From positions 23,133-87,132 of the forward strand of contig CALXWO010000002.1 of the NCBI GenBank assembly GCA_944392485.1: a DNA stretch of 64,000 nucleotides, written 5' to 3'. Both the position numbers and the translations under genes were made by a program. The notes beneath the pieces were generated by a model. That model had not been told where the DNA came from. It saw only the letters and a program-made list of their open reading frames with translations, and searched no databases. The stretch comes from an uncultured Clostridia bacterium (GTDB taxonomy: Bacteria; Bacillota; Clostridia; TANB77; CAG-508). Below, one piece after another: positions 20,699-31,646 of this stretch; the first letter of the stretch is position 1, and each line of letters starts with the position of its first letter.

Positions 20699-21448
20699 AT
20701 GGGTAATATATTAACATTAGAAACAAGCAAATATGAAATTAGACTGGATAATTTTGAAGGACCACTTGATTTATTGTGTCATTTAGTAGAAAAGAACAAA
20801 ATGGACATAAATGAGGTAAATATAACAAAAATTACAGATCAGTATATAGAATACATAAATGCAATGCAAGAATTAAATTTAGATATTACAAGCGAATTTG
20901 TTTTAATGGCTTCAAGCTTATTATATATAAAATCAAAAAGCTTATTACCAAAACAAGTAGAAGATGAAGGAGAACTTACAGAAGAAGAATTAATACATAG
21001 AATAATAGAATATAAAAAATATAAAGATATATCAAAAAAACTAAAAGAACAGTTCGAAATTTATTCGAAAAGATTTTATAAACTGCCGGATAAAATTGAA
21101 CTTCCTAAGAGAAAGTTAGAAGAAAAACTTTCGATATGTATACTAGAAGAAGCATATAAAAATTTATTAACAAAAAACGAAGAAAAAATAAATATAAATG
21201 CAGCAAACATAGAAAAAATAGCAATAACAGAAACAGTAACAGTAACTAGCAAAGTAAAAGATATATTTAAAGAATTAATGAAAAAGCCTAAATTTATATT
21301 TAATAAATTATGCAAAACTAAAAAATATACAAAACTAGAAACAGTAACTGCTTTTACAGGACTTTTAGAATTAACAAGAAGAAAAAAAGTAAAAGCACAA
21401 CAAGAAAAAATATTTGGTGATATAACCGTAGAAAAAGCAAGAAATTAA
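20699..21448 (+). CDS. scpA: Segregation and condensation protein A
   Basis: LDNFEGPLDLLCHLVEKNKMDINEVNITKITDQYIEYI is the ScpA signature N-terminus. Confidence 0.8.
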   Translation: MGNILTLETSKYEIRLDNFEGPLDLLCHLVEKNKMDINEVNITKITDQYIEYINAMQELNLDITSEFVLMASSLLYIKSKSLLPKQVEDEGELTEEELIHRIIEYKKYKDISKKLKEQFEIYSKRFYKLPDKIELPKRKLEEKLSICILEEAYKNLLTKNEEKININAANIEKIAITETVTVTSKVKDIFKELMKKPKFIFNKLCKTKKYTKLETVTAFTGLLELTRRKKVKAQQEKIFGDITVEKARN

Positions 21449-21479
21449 TCTTGCTTTTATTTGTATAATTAACCAAAAA

Positions 21480-22181
21480 ATGGCAATAATACTTATAAAT
21501 AGCATGTGGAGAAGTATTATGGTAGTTTTTTGGATTTTTTTAGGTATTATTTTTTTTAATATAATATTTTTTTTATTAATATGTTTATCTAGTTTAAAAA
21601 TAGAAATACTTGATTTAACATTAAATTCAAACAAAGAAAGTAAAATTAACAACTATTTAATATATATAAAATTAAAATTACTAAATAAACTAACATGGCT
21701 TAAACTAACAATTAATAAAAACAAAGTAAAAAAAATTAGAAATTCCAAACTATTTAACAAAGTATTTTTAACAAAATTTTTAGAAAAACAAATAAAAATT
21801 AAAATAAAAGATGTTATTAAAAATATTGAAAAAATAAATATAGAAATTGAAAAATTAAATATGAAATTAAAAATAGGATTAATTGATTATATTGTTACAT
21901 CAATATTTGTTGCGGTAATTGCTTCATTAATATCTATTTTGCTTTTGAAAAAAGCAAGTAATACAAACAAAGAAAATTACAAATATTTAATTACTCCTTT
22001 ATATAGTAGTATAGAACCAATAATTAATATTGAACTAAACTGTATAATAAGCATTAAAATGGTACATATTATATATACAATATATAAATTAATAAAAAAA
22101 AGGAGTGTTAAATATGATGAAAGAACATCCAATAGAAGGACTTATGAGTGCAACCATGAAAAGTATTCAAGATATGGTTGA
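21480..22181 (+). CDS. DUF2953-like membrane protein (YtfI-like)
   Basis: Two N-terminal TM helices; sits directly upstream of ytfJ as in other Firmicutes. Confidence 0.45.
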   Translation: MAIILINSMWRSIMVVFWIFLGIIFFNIIFFLLICLSSLKIEILDLTLNSNKESKINNYLIYIKLKLLNKLTWLKLTINKNKVKKIRNSKLFNKVFLTKFLEKQIKIKIKDVIKNIEKINIEIEKLNMKLKIGLIDYIVTSIFVAVIASLISILLLKKASNTNKENYKYLITPLYSSIEPIINIELNCIISIKMVHIIYTIYKLIKKRSVKYDERTSNRRTYECNHEKYSRYG

Positions 22182-22671
22182 TGTAAACACAATAGTTGGT
22201 GACGCAATCCAAACAAATAATAATATTACAATTATACCAATTTCTAAAGTATCTTTTGGATTTGCAGCAGGTGGAAGTGAATTTAATGAGGAAACTATAG
22301 ACGAATATAATAAAAAGGAAAAAGAAGAAATGGTACAATATAGGTTACCATTTGGAGGAGGAGCAGGAGCAGGTGTTAGTATAAATCCAATAGCATTTTT
22401 AGTTGTTCAAGAAGGTTGTGTAAAATTGTTACCTGTAACTCATTCATCTGCAATTGATAGATTGTTAGACTATGTACCAGATTTATTTGAAAAAGTAAAT
22501 GATATGATGAATAAAATGATGTGCAATAAAGAAAAAAATAAAAAAGAAGAAGACAATTTAGATGTAGAAACAATAATAAAAAAAGAAAATAAAAAACCTA
22601 AAAAAAGCAAAGAAGAAGAAACAACATATGAATTTGAATATATAGAAAATGAAGACGAATTAGATGATTAA
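22114..22671 (+). CDS. ytfJ: Sporulation protein YtfJ (GerW family)
   Basis: PISKVSFGFAAGGSEF and FGGGAGAGVSINPIAFLVV motifs; RBS AAAGGAG 9 nt ahead of the ATG at 22114. Confidence 0.75.
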   Translation: MMKEHPIEGLMSATMKSIQDMVDVNTIVGDAIQTNNNITIIPISKVSFGFAAGGSEFNEETIDEYNKKEKEEMVQYRLPFGGGAGAGVSINPIAFLVVQEGCVKLLPVTHSSAIDRLLDYVPDLFEKVNDMMNKMMCNKEKNKKEEDNLDVETIIKKENKKPKKSKEEETTYEFEYIENEDELDD

Positions 22672-23326
22672 AAATTTATTAATTATATTTTTATTATTGT
22701 TTTGTTTAACTGGTTGTGGAAACAACTCTGATAATGATAATCAAAATAATTATAACGCTACAAAAATTTCTACAAATACTTCCACAAACACTAATAGCAA
22801 TAGTTATAACAATGTAAATGTTAATAACAATGTAAACAACTCTATATCAAATGCAGATAATAAACCTAAAGAAATTGATTTATCTTCTTTTTCTACAAAG
22901 ATATATACGCCCAATGATGAGGCTAGGCAAAATAATATAAGATTAACATGTTCTAAATTAAATGGTACTATTGTTAATCCAGGAGAAACTTTTTCTTTTT
23001 GCAATACTGTTGGAAAGGCAACTCCAGAAAAGGGCTATCAAAAAGCAGATATTTACGATAGTGATGGTAATGTTATTAAAGGTTATGGTGGTGGAAACTG
23101 CCAAATAAGTAGTACGCTATATAATGCTGTTTTAAATCTTCCATCTCTTACAATTGTAGAAAGACACGAACATAGTAAAAAAGTTTATTATGTTGAAGAA
23201 GGAAAAGATGCTGCAGTTGCATATGGAAGCATTGATTTTAAATTTAGAAATGATTATGATTATTCTATAAAAATATATTGTTCTTCAACTAAAAATAGAA
23301 TAGATGTTAAAATTGTAAAACTATAG
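22664..23326 (+). CDS. VanW-domain lipoprotein
   Basis: Lipobox LTGCG; C-terminal VanW-like GGGNCQISSTLYNAV motif; Asn-rich linker. Confidence 0.6.
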   Translation: MIKNLLIIFLLLFCLTGCGNNSDNDNQNNYNATKISTNTSTNTNSNSYNNVNVNNNVNNSISNADNKPKEIDLSSFSTKIYTPNDEARQNNIRLTCSKLNGTIVNPGETFSFCNTVGKATPEKGYQKADIYDSDGNVIKGYGGGNCQISSTLYNAVLNLPSLTIVERHEHSKKVYYVEEGKDAAVAYGSIDFKFRNDYDYSIKIYCSSTKNRIDVKIVKL

Positions 23327-23393
23327 TTTTATATTCTAAATTTATCCTCTTATGCATAAATATTTAGTAATATTTATGATAGGAGGTTTTTTT

Positions 23394-24663
23394 ATGCCAG
23401 TAAACAAAATAAAAATCAATTCTTTAATAATAATGTTAATAATACTATTTACTTTTTTTATGCCAGTAATTTCTTATGCAATTGATAAAGATAGTATATA
23501 TGTATGGTCAAATAATAATCCTTTGCCCACAACTGCATCTTTACAGTCAAGTAATATAGAAGAGACTTCCGAAAGTCAAAACTCGCGGAAATTTTTTAGG
23601 AATAACTTCTGGAAGCGCAATTCTAATGGATCAAAAAACAGGAAAAATTTTGTACGAATATAATGCTCACGAACAATTAAGACCTGCGAGTGTAACTAAA
23701 GTAATGACTTTGCTTTTAATAATGGAAGCTTTAGATAATGGAACAATTAATTTAGACGATAATGTTCCCTGTTCAGAAAAGGCAAGTTCTATGGGAGGTT
23801 CACAAATCTGGTTAGATACAACAGAAACCCTTACTGTTAACGAAATGTTAAAGGCAATTTGTGTAGTTTCTGCAAATGATTGCTGTATGGCAATGGCAGA
23901 ATATATAGCTGGTAGTGAAGAATTATTTGTTGAACAAATGAATAAAAGGGCTAAGGAATTAGGAATGAACGATACATGTTTTAAAAATTGCCATGGAATA
24001 GATGAAGATGGACATTTAACTTCTAGTTATGACATTGCATTAATGTCTAGAGAATTAATAACTAAGCATCCTAAGATTACAGAATATACCACTATATGGA
24101 TGGATACTTTAAGAGATGGTAAATCTGAACTTGTAAACACAAACAAATTAATTAGAAATTATGAAGGAGCAACAGGACTAAAAACAGGTTCTACATCTAC
24201 AGCATTATTTAATCTTTCTGCTACAGCAACAAGAGATAATCTTTCTTTAATAGCTGTAATAATGAGAGGAGAAACATCTGCACTTAGATTTTCTGAAGCA
24301 CAAAAATTATTAGATTATGGATTTAGTAACTATGAATATATAGATTTTGCAAAAAAAGGAGATATTATAAACACAATTAATGTAGACAAAGGTGTATTTG
24401 CTTGTACTGATGCTATATTAGAATCTGATGCAGGAACATTAATAGAAAAAGGAAAATCTAAATCTATAACATCAAACACAATTTTAAACAATAATATATC
24501 TGCCCCAATAATAGCAGGACAAAAATTAGGAGAAATAAGTTACTCTTTAGATGGAGAAGTAATATCTACAGTAAACATTGTAGCAAAAGAAGATGTAAAA
24601 AAATTAAGCATTGGAAACATGTGTGCAAGAGCAATAGAAAATTGGTTTAAATTATTAAGATAA
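23394..24663 (+). CDS. D-alanyl-D-alanine carboxypeptidase (PBP5/DacF-like); one CGG +1 site
   Basis: Signal peptide from the ATG at 23394 (RBS AGGAGG). Skipping the C of CGG at 23586-23588 gives ITSGSAILMDQKTGKILYEYNAHEQLRPASVTKVMT with the SxxK active site. Confidence 0.75.
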
Positions 24664-24709
24664 ATTGTAATAAAATAAAACTTTAGAATTAAGAGTAAAA
24701 GTATAAATG

Positions 24710-24737
24710 TTGACAAAAATAAAAAATATAGTATAAT
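24710..24737 (+). promoter_or_regulatory. Sigma-A type promoter
   Basis: TTGACA, 16-nt spacer, TATAAT, immediately upstream of the small ORF at 24771. Confidence 0.5.
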
Positions 24738-24770
24738 AAAAATGTAGATTTATTTTTTTAGGAGAAAAAT

Positions 24771-24932
24771 ATGATATCAAAATTATGGAAAAGAATAGCT
24801 TTAATAATATTAATTATTGCATGTTTATGGAATATTGTATTTAAATTAGTAAACAAAGTTTCTTTTGCTAATGTAATTAATACTGCAAAAGCAACAATAC
24901 AACAATTGCAAAATAAAGGAAATAATAATTAA
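24771..24932 (+). CDS. Small membrane protein (53 aa, not in ORF track)
   Basis: RBS TAGGAGAAAAAT then ATG; MISKLWKRIALIILIIACLWNIVFKLVNKV... has a single TM helix. Confidence 0.4.
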   Translation: MISKLWKRIALIILIIACLWNIVFKLVNKVSFANVINTAKATIQQLQNKGNNN

Positions 24933-25027
24933 TAAAAATATTTTAAAATAAATTTGCAAAATATAAATAAATATGTTAAAATATTAAAAGTTTTTTTAAG
25001 ATAGCAAAGGAAGAGGTGAATAACACA

Positions 25028-25228
25028 ATGAAAAAAGATATACAACCAGAATATAATGATACAACAATCACATGTGCATGTGGTAATGTTTTAGAAGTAG
25101 GATCTACAAAAAAAGATTTAAAAGTTGATGTATGTTCTAAATGTCATCCATATTGGACAGGAAATCTTAGAAAAGATACTACAGGTGGTAGAGCAGATAA
25201 ATTTAAAAAGAAATATGGAATTGCATAA
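25028..25228 (+). CDS. rpmE: 50S ribosomal protein L31
   Basis: CxCG...CSKCHPYWTG zinc-ribbon L31 signature; RBS GGAAGAGGTG. Confidence 0.85.
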   Translation: MKKDIQPEYNDTTITCACGNVLEVGSTKKDLKVDVCSKCHPYWTGNLRKDTTGGRADKFKKKYGIA

Positions 25229-25238
25229 AATTTTAAAA

Positions 25239-25270
25239 AGGCACTCTTTTTTAAGAGTGTTTTTTTGTAC
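25239..25270 (+). terminator. Rho-independent terminator
   Basis: AAAAGGCACTCTTTTTTAAGAGTGTTTTTTTG. Confidence 0.65.
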
Positions 25271-25355
25271 AAAAGTTCTAAAAATTCGCCAAAGGAAAAA
25301 AATACCATATATAGAATATATATAATTAAGCTTTAATATCTAGGTAGGAGATAAA

Positions 25356-26348
25356 ATGAAAAAGGTTTATATATATTTTATATGTATGGTATTTTTATGC
25401 TTTTTAATACCTATTTTATTTACAGAGAAAAGAGAATATAAAGAACAAGAAGTAGTACGAGAAGTACAAGAAGTAAAAGAAGAAAAATATAACTATGGGA
25501 AGTATAACACAGTAAAAGTATTGCATAGTAAAACAAATAAAGTAGAAGAATTAGATTTAGATACATACCTTTTAGGAGTAGTTTCTAGCGAAATGCCAGC
25601 AAATTTTGAGATTGAAGCATTAAAGGCGCAAGCAGTGGTAGCAAGAACATATACTATTTATAAAATTTCAAATGGTAGCAAACACGAAAATGCAGATATA
25701 TGTGATGATTCTACTTGTTGCCAAGCATGGATTTCTAAAGAAGATAGACTAAGTAGATGGGAAGAAGAAAATAGAGATACTTATTGGAATAAAATAGAAG
25801 AAGCAGTATATAGTACAAAAGGGAAAATAATAACATATGAAGGAAAGGCAATAAATGCCTTTTTCCATTCAAATAGTGGAGGAGCAACAGATACTGCAAC
25901 AGCAGTATGGGGAGGAACAAACTACCCTTATTTGCAAGCTGTAGAGACTTCTGGGGAAGATGCATATTCACAATATAATTCAGAAGCGGCAGTAACAAAA
26001 GAAGAATTTATAAACAAAATTAAGGAATATCATAGCAATTTTTCTATTGATTTTAATAAAGAAAATCAAATAGAAGTATTAGAATATACCGAAGGAGGAA
26101 GAATAGAAAAAATAAAAGTGGGTAATTTAACTTTATCTGGAGTTGAATTAAGAACAATATTTGGACTAAGATCAGCAAAATTTGAAATTACAATTGAAGA
26201 AAATCAAATAAAATTTAAAGTAATTGGTTATGGGCATGGAGTAGGAATGAGCCAAACAGGAGCAGATAGCATGGCAAAACAAGGAAATAATTACGAAAAC
26301 ATTATAAAACATTATTATACTGGAGTAGAAATAAGTAATATGACATAA
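25356..26348 (+). CDS. spoIID: Stage II sporulation protein D
   Basis: SpoIID/LytB-like domain (YLLGVVSSEMPANFEIEALKAQAVVARTY...). Confidence 0.85.
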   Translation: MKKVYIYFICMVFLCFLIPILFTEKREYKEQEVVREVQEVKEEKYNYGKYNTVKVLHSKTNKVEELDLDTYLLGVVSSEMPANFEIEALKAQAVVARTYTIYKISNGSKHENADICDDSTCCQAWISKEDRLSRWEEENRDTYWNKIEEAVYSTKGKIITYEGKAINAFFHSNSGGATDTATAVWGGTNYPYLQAVETSGEDAYSQYNSEAAVTKEEFINKIKEYHSNFSIDFNKENQIEVLEYTEGGRIEKIKVGNLTLSGVELRTIFGLRSAKFEITIEENQIKFKVIGYGHGVGMSQTGADSMAKQGNNYENIIKHYYTGVEISNMT

Positions 26349-26427
26349 AAATTAATTTTTGCTAACACGTATAAATTACAAAAAAAAGGAAATAATTTTA
26401 CTAAAGATAAAAATAAGGAGGACACTT

Positions 26428-27234
26428 ATGAGAAGAGGAAGAAGAGAAAAAATAAATGATAACCGTTATTTTAAAAGATTAATTTTTACAACAGGAGGAA
26501 TATTACTAGTTATAATTGCAACATTTGTTATAACATTTATTGTTTACAATAACAAACTAAAAGATTACAACTATAGTTCTTTAAGTACAGAACAAATAGC
26601 AGATTTAGTTCCAAATGAAGGAGTGTTTAATAATACAGTAGATTATGTAGAAGAAGCAAGTAGTGATATTGGAAAAAGTATAGAAGAAGCAATAAATACT
26701 GTAGAAGAAGAAAAAGCAGAAGAAAAAGAAGAAAAAGAAACAACAAAAGAAAAGGCAAAAGAAACAAAAAGCAAAGAACAAACAAAAGAGGTTAAACAAA
26801 CAAATACAGAACCAGAAAAAGTAAAAGATCCTGAATTTGTTATGCCGGTAGAAGGAGAAATTTTAAGAGGTTTTGCAAAAGATTCTTTAATATATTCAGA
26901 AACATTAGAAGAATGGATTACTCATTTGGCAATAGATATAAAAGCTGATAGAACAGCAGTAGTTAGTGCAGCAGAAGCAGGAACAGTAAAATCAATAAAA
27001 AATGACCCAAGGTATGGACTTAGTATAGTAATAGAACATGTCAATGGATTTGAAACAATTTATTCAAATTTACTAACTACAGAATTTGTAGAAGAAGGAC
27101 AAAAAGTAGAAAAAGGACAAAGTATTGGAACTGTTGGAAACTCTGCAGCATTCGAAATTGTAGATGAACCACATTTACATTTTGAGATTATAAAAGATAG
27201 AGAAAATGTAGATCCAACAATTTATATAAAATAA
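26428..27234 (+). CDS. M23-family peptidoglycan metalloendopeptidase
   Basis: C-terminal LAIDIKA...GQSIGTVGNS...HLHFEI M23 motifs; RBS AAGGAGG ahead of the ATG at 26428. Confidence 0.75.
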   Translation: MRRGRREKINDNRYFKRLIFTTGGILLVIIATFVITFIVYNNKLKDYNYSSLSTEQIADLVPNEGVFNNTVDYVEEASSDIGKSIEEAINTVEEEKAEEKEEKETTKEKAKETKSKEQTKEVKQTNTEPEKVKDPEFVMPVEGEILRGFAKDSLIYSETLEEWITHLAIDIKADRTAVVSAAEAGTVKSIKNDPRYGLSIVIEHVNGFETIYSNLLTTEFVEEGQKVEKGQSIGTVGNSAAFEIVDEPHLHFEIIKDRENVDPTIYIK

Positions 27235-27331
27235 AAAATATTCTCACAAAATGTGAGGATATTTTTTTATACTTATATTGAAAAGTTAATAAATAATGTA
27301 ATATAATAAAATAGTAATGGAGGAAATATAT

Positions 27332-29639
27332 ATGTTTTTATCTGAAGATGGATATATACAATCAAATGAGCCACAAACATATCAAATAAAAGCTAAAAAG
27401 CCAAAGAAAAGACCAGGTAAATTTAAAAAATTTCTCAAGGTGCTTTTTATAATCTTTTTGCTTTTATTTTTACTTATTCTAATACTTGGTGGAATTGCAG
27501 CATATGTAATATATGATGTTGCAAAAGATGCAAAATTAAATAAAAACGATTTAGCAATAAGGTACGAAAACTCTGTAGTTAAAGATATGGAAGGAAACAC
27601 TTTAGCAGTTTTAAATGGAGACGAAAACAGAGAAAGCATACCTCTTAGCGAAATGCCAGAATATTTACCTAAAGCATTTATATCTATCGAAGATGAAAGA
27701 TTTTATAGTCATAATGGAATAGATATAGGAAGAACCTTAAAAGCTACATATACATATATAATAAACAAAGGAAATTCTCCATTTGGAGGAAGTACAATAA
27801 CACAGCAATTAGTAAAAAACCTTACACAAGAAAAAGAAGATACTTGGCAAAGAAAAGTAAGGGAAATGGTAAGGGCCTATTACATAGAAAAAGAAATGTC
27901 AAAAGAAGACATATTAGAACTATACTTAAATTTAATTTTTCTTGGGGATACTGTGTATGGAGTACAAAAAGGCTCAAATTATTATTTTAACAAAGACGCA
28001 AAAGACTTAAGCCTAGCAGAATGTGCATTTTTGGCAGGAATAAACCATTCTCCAAACTCATATAATCCATTTGTAGAAAACAATGAGCAAGTTTTACAAT
28101 CTATAAAAGAAAGAACAAAAGTTGTTTTAAATAAAATGTATCAACTTGGAAACATAAATACAGAAGAAGAATATAAACAAGCATTACAAGAAGTTGAACA
28201 AGGATTAAACTTTGATAGAGGTGCAATTCCACAAGTTTTGTTCTCATACCATACAGATGCTGCAATAAATCAAATAATAAAACAATTACAAGAAATGCAT
28301 AATTGGACATACGAGCAAGCAAGATTATATTTATCAAGTGGAGGATTTACAATTTATACAACTTGGAATCAAACTTTACAATCATATGTAGACGAAGAAT
28401 TTAAAAAAGATAAATATAAAACACAAGCATATGATAAAGATGGAAATTTACAAAATTCTCAAGCAGCTATGGTTCTTTTAGACCACAAAACTGGACACGT
28501 TTTAGCTGTAGCTGGAAGCCTGGACGAAAAGACTACAGCATTTGGATTTAATAGGGCAACAGATGCCGAAAGGCAAACAGGTTCATCAATGAAACCTCTT
28601 GCAGTATTAGCACCAGGAATAAATAGCGGAATAATAACTGCTGCAACAGTTTTTGATGATAATCCAACAAGTTTTAGTAATGGAACATATAGCCCTAAAA
28701 ATTTAAACGGATATAGAGGATTAATTACAATAAGAGAAGCAATAGAACATTCTCAAAATGTACCAATGGTTAAAGCTATGTGCTTAATAACACCAGGAAA
28801 ATCTATAGAATTTTTAAAAAGTGTAGGAATAACTTCATTAGACGAAACAAAAGACGCAGGGTTATCTTTAGCATTAGGAGGACTTACAACAGGAATTACA
28901 CCATTAGAAATGGCAGGTGCTTATGGTGCAATTGCAAATGATGGATTGTACATAGAACCTACATTTTATACAAAAGTGGTAGATGAAAATGGCAATATTG
29001 TTTTAGAGCCGGAACAAACAAAAACGCAGGTAATTTCGCAAGAAGCTGCATTTGTTGTAAAAGAAGTATTAACACAACCAGTAAAATCTGGTACAGCAAC
29101 AATATGTGCAATAGATGGAATAGACGTTGCAGCAAAAACAGGAACAACAAATAAAGATTATGATAGATGGCTTTGTGGATTTACACCATACTATACAGCA
29201 ACAGTATGGTATGGGTTTGATAATAATGCAACAATAAGTGGATGGTCATATAGCCCAGCAAGCCAAATTTGGAGCCGGAGTTATGACTAAAGTACACGAA
29301 GGCTTAGAAGAAAAAACATTTTACGAAACAAAACCAGAAAATATTGTAGAAGTTAATGTGTGCAAAAGATCAGGATTCCTTGCATCTAGCTATTGTAAAA
29401 GATACGGAACAGCATATACAGAATATTTTGTAAAAGGAACAGAGCCAGTTCAAACTTGCCCATATCATTCCTATGCAAAAGTTTGTACAGAAAGTGGCAT
29501 GCTAGCAAACGAAAATTGCCCAAGAACAAGAGGAGTACACTCAAGAGGAGAATATCTTGGAGATACTTCTTTATGGAACACAAGGTCTTCATATTCTAAA
29601 CGTAGAATAGTGCCAACACAAGTTTGTACAATTCACTAA
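27332..29639 (+). CDS. Penicillin-binding protein 1A (bifunctional GT51 transglycosylase/transpeptidase); one CGG +1 site
   Basis: EDERFYSHNGID and GGSTITQQ (GT51), SSMKP and KTGT (transpeptidase). Skipping the C of CGG at 29276-29278 joins the ORFs as ...SPASQIW-SGVMTKVHEG... Confidence 0.8.
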
Positions 29640-29650
29640 GGAGAACAAAT

Positions 29651-30187
29651 ATGAATTTAATTAATATAATAGATAGCAATACATATAGTATAATTACAAA
29701 ACTAATGAGTAACAATGTAACTGCAGTAATGATTTTTATATCTTACTTAGGTTCTGCAGTTGTACTAATATGTTTAACAATAGCATTAATAATATTATTA
29801 AAGAACAAAAGAGATGCAAAATTTATAACTTCGAACCTAGTGATAGTATTTTTATTAAATAAAATATTAAAACTAATTATAGCAAGACCAAGACCTTCTG
29901 TGCTAAGATTAGTTTACGAAGAAGGATATAGCTTTCCTAGTGGTCATGCAATGGTATCAATGGGATTTTACGGATTTTTAATTTATTTAGCATATAAAAA
30001 TATAAAAAATAAAAAAATAAAAATCCCATTAATAATATTTTTAAGCATACTAATATTATTAATAGGAGTAAGTAGAATATATCTAGGAGTACATTATGCA
30101 ACAGATATTATTGGCGGATTTTTAATAGCAATAATATATTTAATATTATTCATAAAATTTTTATATAAAAACAAAAAAATTAAATAA
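29651..30187 (+). CDS. PAP2-family phosphatase (undecaprenyl-diphosphatase-like)
   Basis: KLIIARPRPS, PSGHAM and SRIYLGVHYATD PAP2 motifs. Confidence 0.8.
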   Translation: MNLINIIDSNTYSIITKLMSNNVTAVMIFISYLGSAVVLICLTIALIILLKNKRDAKFITSNLVIVFLLNKILKLIIARPRPSVLRLVYEEGYSFPSGHAMVSMGFYGFLIYLAYKNIKNKKIKIPLIIFLSILILLIGVSRIYLGVHYATDIIGGFLIAIIYLILFIKFLYKNKKIK

Positions 30188-30188
30188 A

Positions 30189-30288
30189 TTGCCATTGGGG
30201 ACGTATTATTTTGGCACAAATAGTAAAAGTATAATATATTACAAGAATTACAATATATTTGTGCCAAAATAATACGTCCCCAATGGCA
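30189..30288. repeat. REP-like palindrome family A (copy 2)
   Basis: Both arms TTGCCATTGGGGACGTATTATTTTGGCACAA match the copy at 8184 exactly, here with a 41-nt loop, between convergent genes. Confidence 0.8.
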
Positions 30289-30306
30289 TGAATTTTTTCA
30301 TACAAA

Positions 30307-30744
30307 TTACAAATAAGGTTTTAATCTTTCAACACTTTCTTGCTGGAATTTTACAAAATCAGTTAAAAGATTATTAACATCTCTATCCAAACCTTTGTTA
30401 TTATTTATTAACTTTTGCCCTTCTATAATACCCATATTAGTACCTTGAATAAGAAGTTCTGCAATTTTAGAATTGCTATTATCTGTTATAGTATTCATTT
30501 GTATACCATACCATAGCATTGCCTTATTTGCTAATTTATAATCATTAGGCTCTTCTCCGTAATTTGCAAAAGCATCATCTACTTTTGTTAATATATTATT
30601 ATACATACTATATTCATGTTTTAAAGAATCTTGCATACACGGTTCCTTAACTTTATCAGAAACATACGAAATTGCATCCATACCCATTTTTACACCTTTG
30701 CAAACTTCCTTTAAAACTTCTAAGTTTTTATCCATAAAATTCAC
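30307..30744 (-). CDS. Hypothetical helical protein
   Basis: 145 aa ORF on the minus strand; no motif recognised. Confidence 0.45.
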   Translation of the reverse strand: MNFMDKNLEVLKEVCKGVKMGMDAISYVSDKVKEPCMQDSLKHEYSMYNNILTKVDDAFANYGEEPNDYKLANKAMLWYGIQMNTITDNSNSKIAELLIQGTNMGIIEGQKLINNNKGLDRDVNNLLTDFVKFQQESVERLKPYL

Positions 30745-30838
30745 CTCATATATATTGTTTACACTTTTATAAAAAATATTGATAAAAAGCAGGTCAAATG
30801 TTAAAATATTATTACAAAATTAAAAAAGAGGAGAGAAA

Positions 30839-31123
30839 ATGAGTAATATTTTTGCATTAAAAAATATTTTAATATATTTATTAATAATAAATTTAATTAC
30901 ATTTTTAGCAATGTATGTAGATAAAAAAAAGGCAAAATGGGGAAAATGGAGAATAAAAGAATCAACTTTATTTACTTTAGTACTATTAGGTGGAGGAATA
31001 GGAGGAATTGCTGGAATGTATACATTTAGGCACAAAACAAAAAAAACAAGATTTGTAATTGGATTCCCAGCAATATTAATAATAGAAATCATATGTGCAA
31101 TAATATTTTTAGTAATAAAATAA
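30839..31123 (+). CDS. DUF1294 membrane protein
   Basis: 94 aa, KWGKWRIKESTL...GGGIGGIAGMYTFRHKTKK pattern. Confidence 0.6.
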   Translation: MSNIFALKNILIYLLIINLITFLAMYVDKKKAKWGKWRIKESTLFTLVLLGGGIGGIAGMYTFRHKTKKTRFVIGFPAILIIEIICAIIFLVIK

Positions 31124-31133
31124 ATATTTTGCA

Positions 31134-31166
31134 GGCGAGGATAAAACCTCGCTTTTATTTTGCTTT
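31134..31166 (+). terminator. Rho-independent terminator
   Basis: GCAGGCGAGGATAAAACCTCGCTTTTATTTT. Confidence 0.6.
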
Positions 31167-31646
31167 TTAAACAAAAACAACGTATATATTGAAAATAAAG
31201 AGGTTCAAACTAAAAAAACAAACAAATATACTGTACACATAATTATTGTAAATAATTGTAAAAACAGAAAAAAACACAGAATAATTGTTTTGTATGTGCA
31301 TAAACTAGATTAATAAAACATTAATTTCAATATTATTCACAAAGTTATCCACAGTATCCACAGAGAATAAAAATATTACAAAATTGTTACAACATAGTTA
31401 CATAATATAAAAAATGTAATATTAATGTTACTACCTTGAAACAATTTTGTAACAAACAAAACATCAGAACTTTATCTGGTGTTTTTGTTTTGTACAAAAG
31501 ATGTACGCTTTTTAAATTACTTATATTGACTTTTAAATACAGTTTTGATAAAGTAATTACATTAGAAAATAAAATAATTGATATAGAAAAATAAAGAGTA
31601 AATATTACAAAATTTGCTCTTTGCAAATTTTGAAGGAGGCAAAAAG

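Noticed and set aside
25125-25325. 66-aa ORF overlapping the 3' end of rpmE
   Set aside because: It overlaps rpmE in another frame and runs through the rpmE terminator hairpin, with no RBS.
25270-25355. Sigma-E promoter upstream of spoIID
   Set aside because: CATATATA resembles a sigma-E -10 element, but I could not find a convincing -35 at the right spacing, so it is not reported as a feature.
31340-31646. T-box riboswitch upstream of glyQS
   Set aside because: Expected from family knowledge, but no T-box consensus (AGGGTGGNACCGCG) or specifier-loop architecture is visible in the leader.
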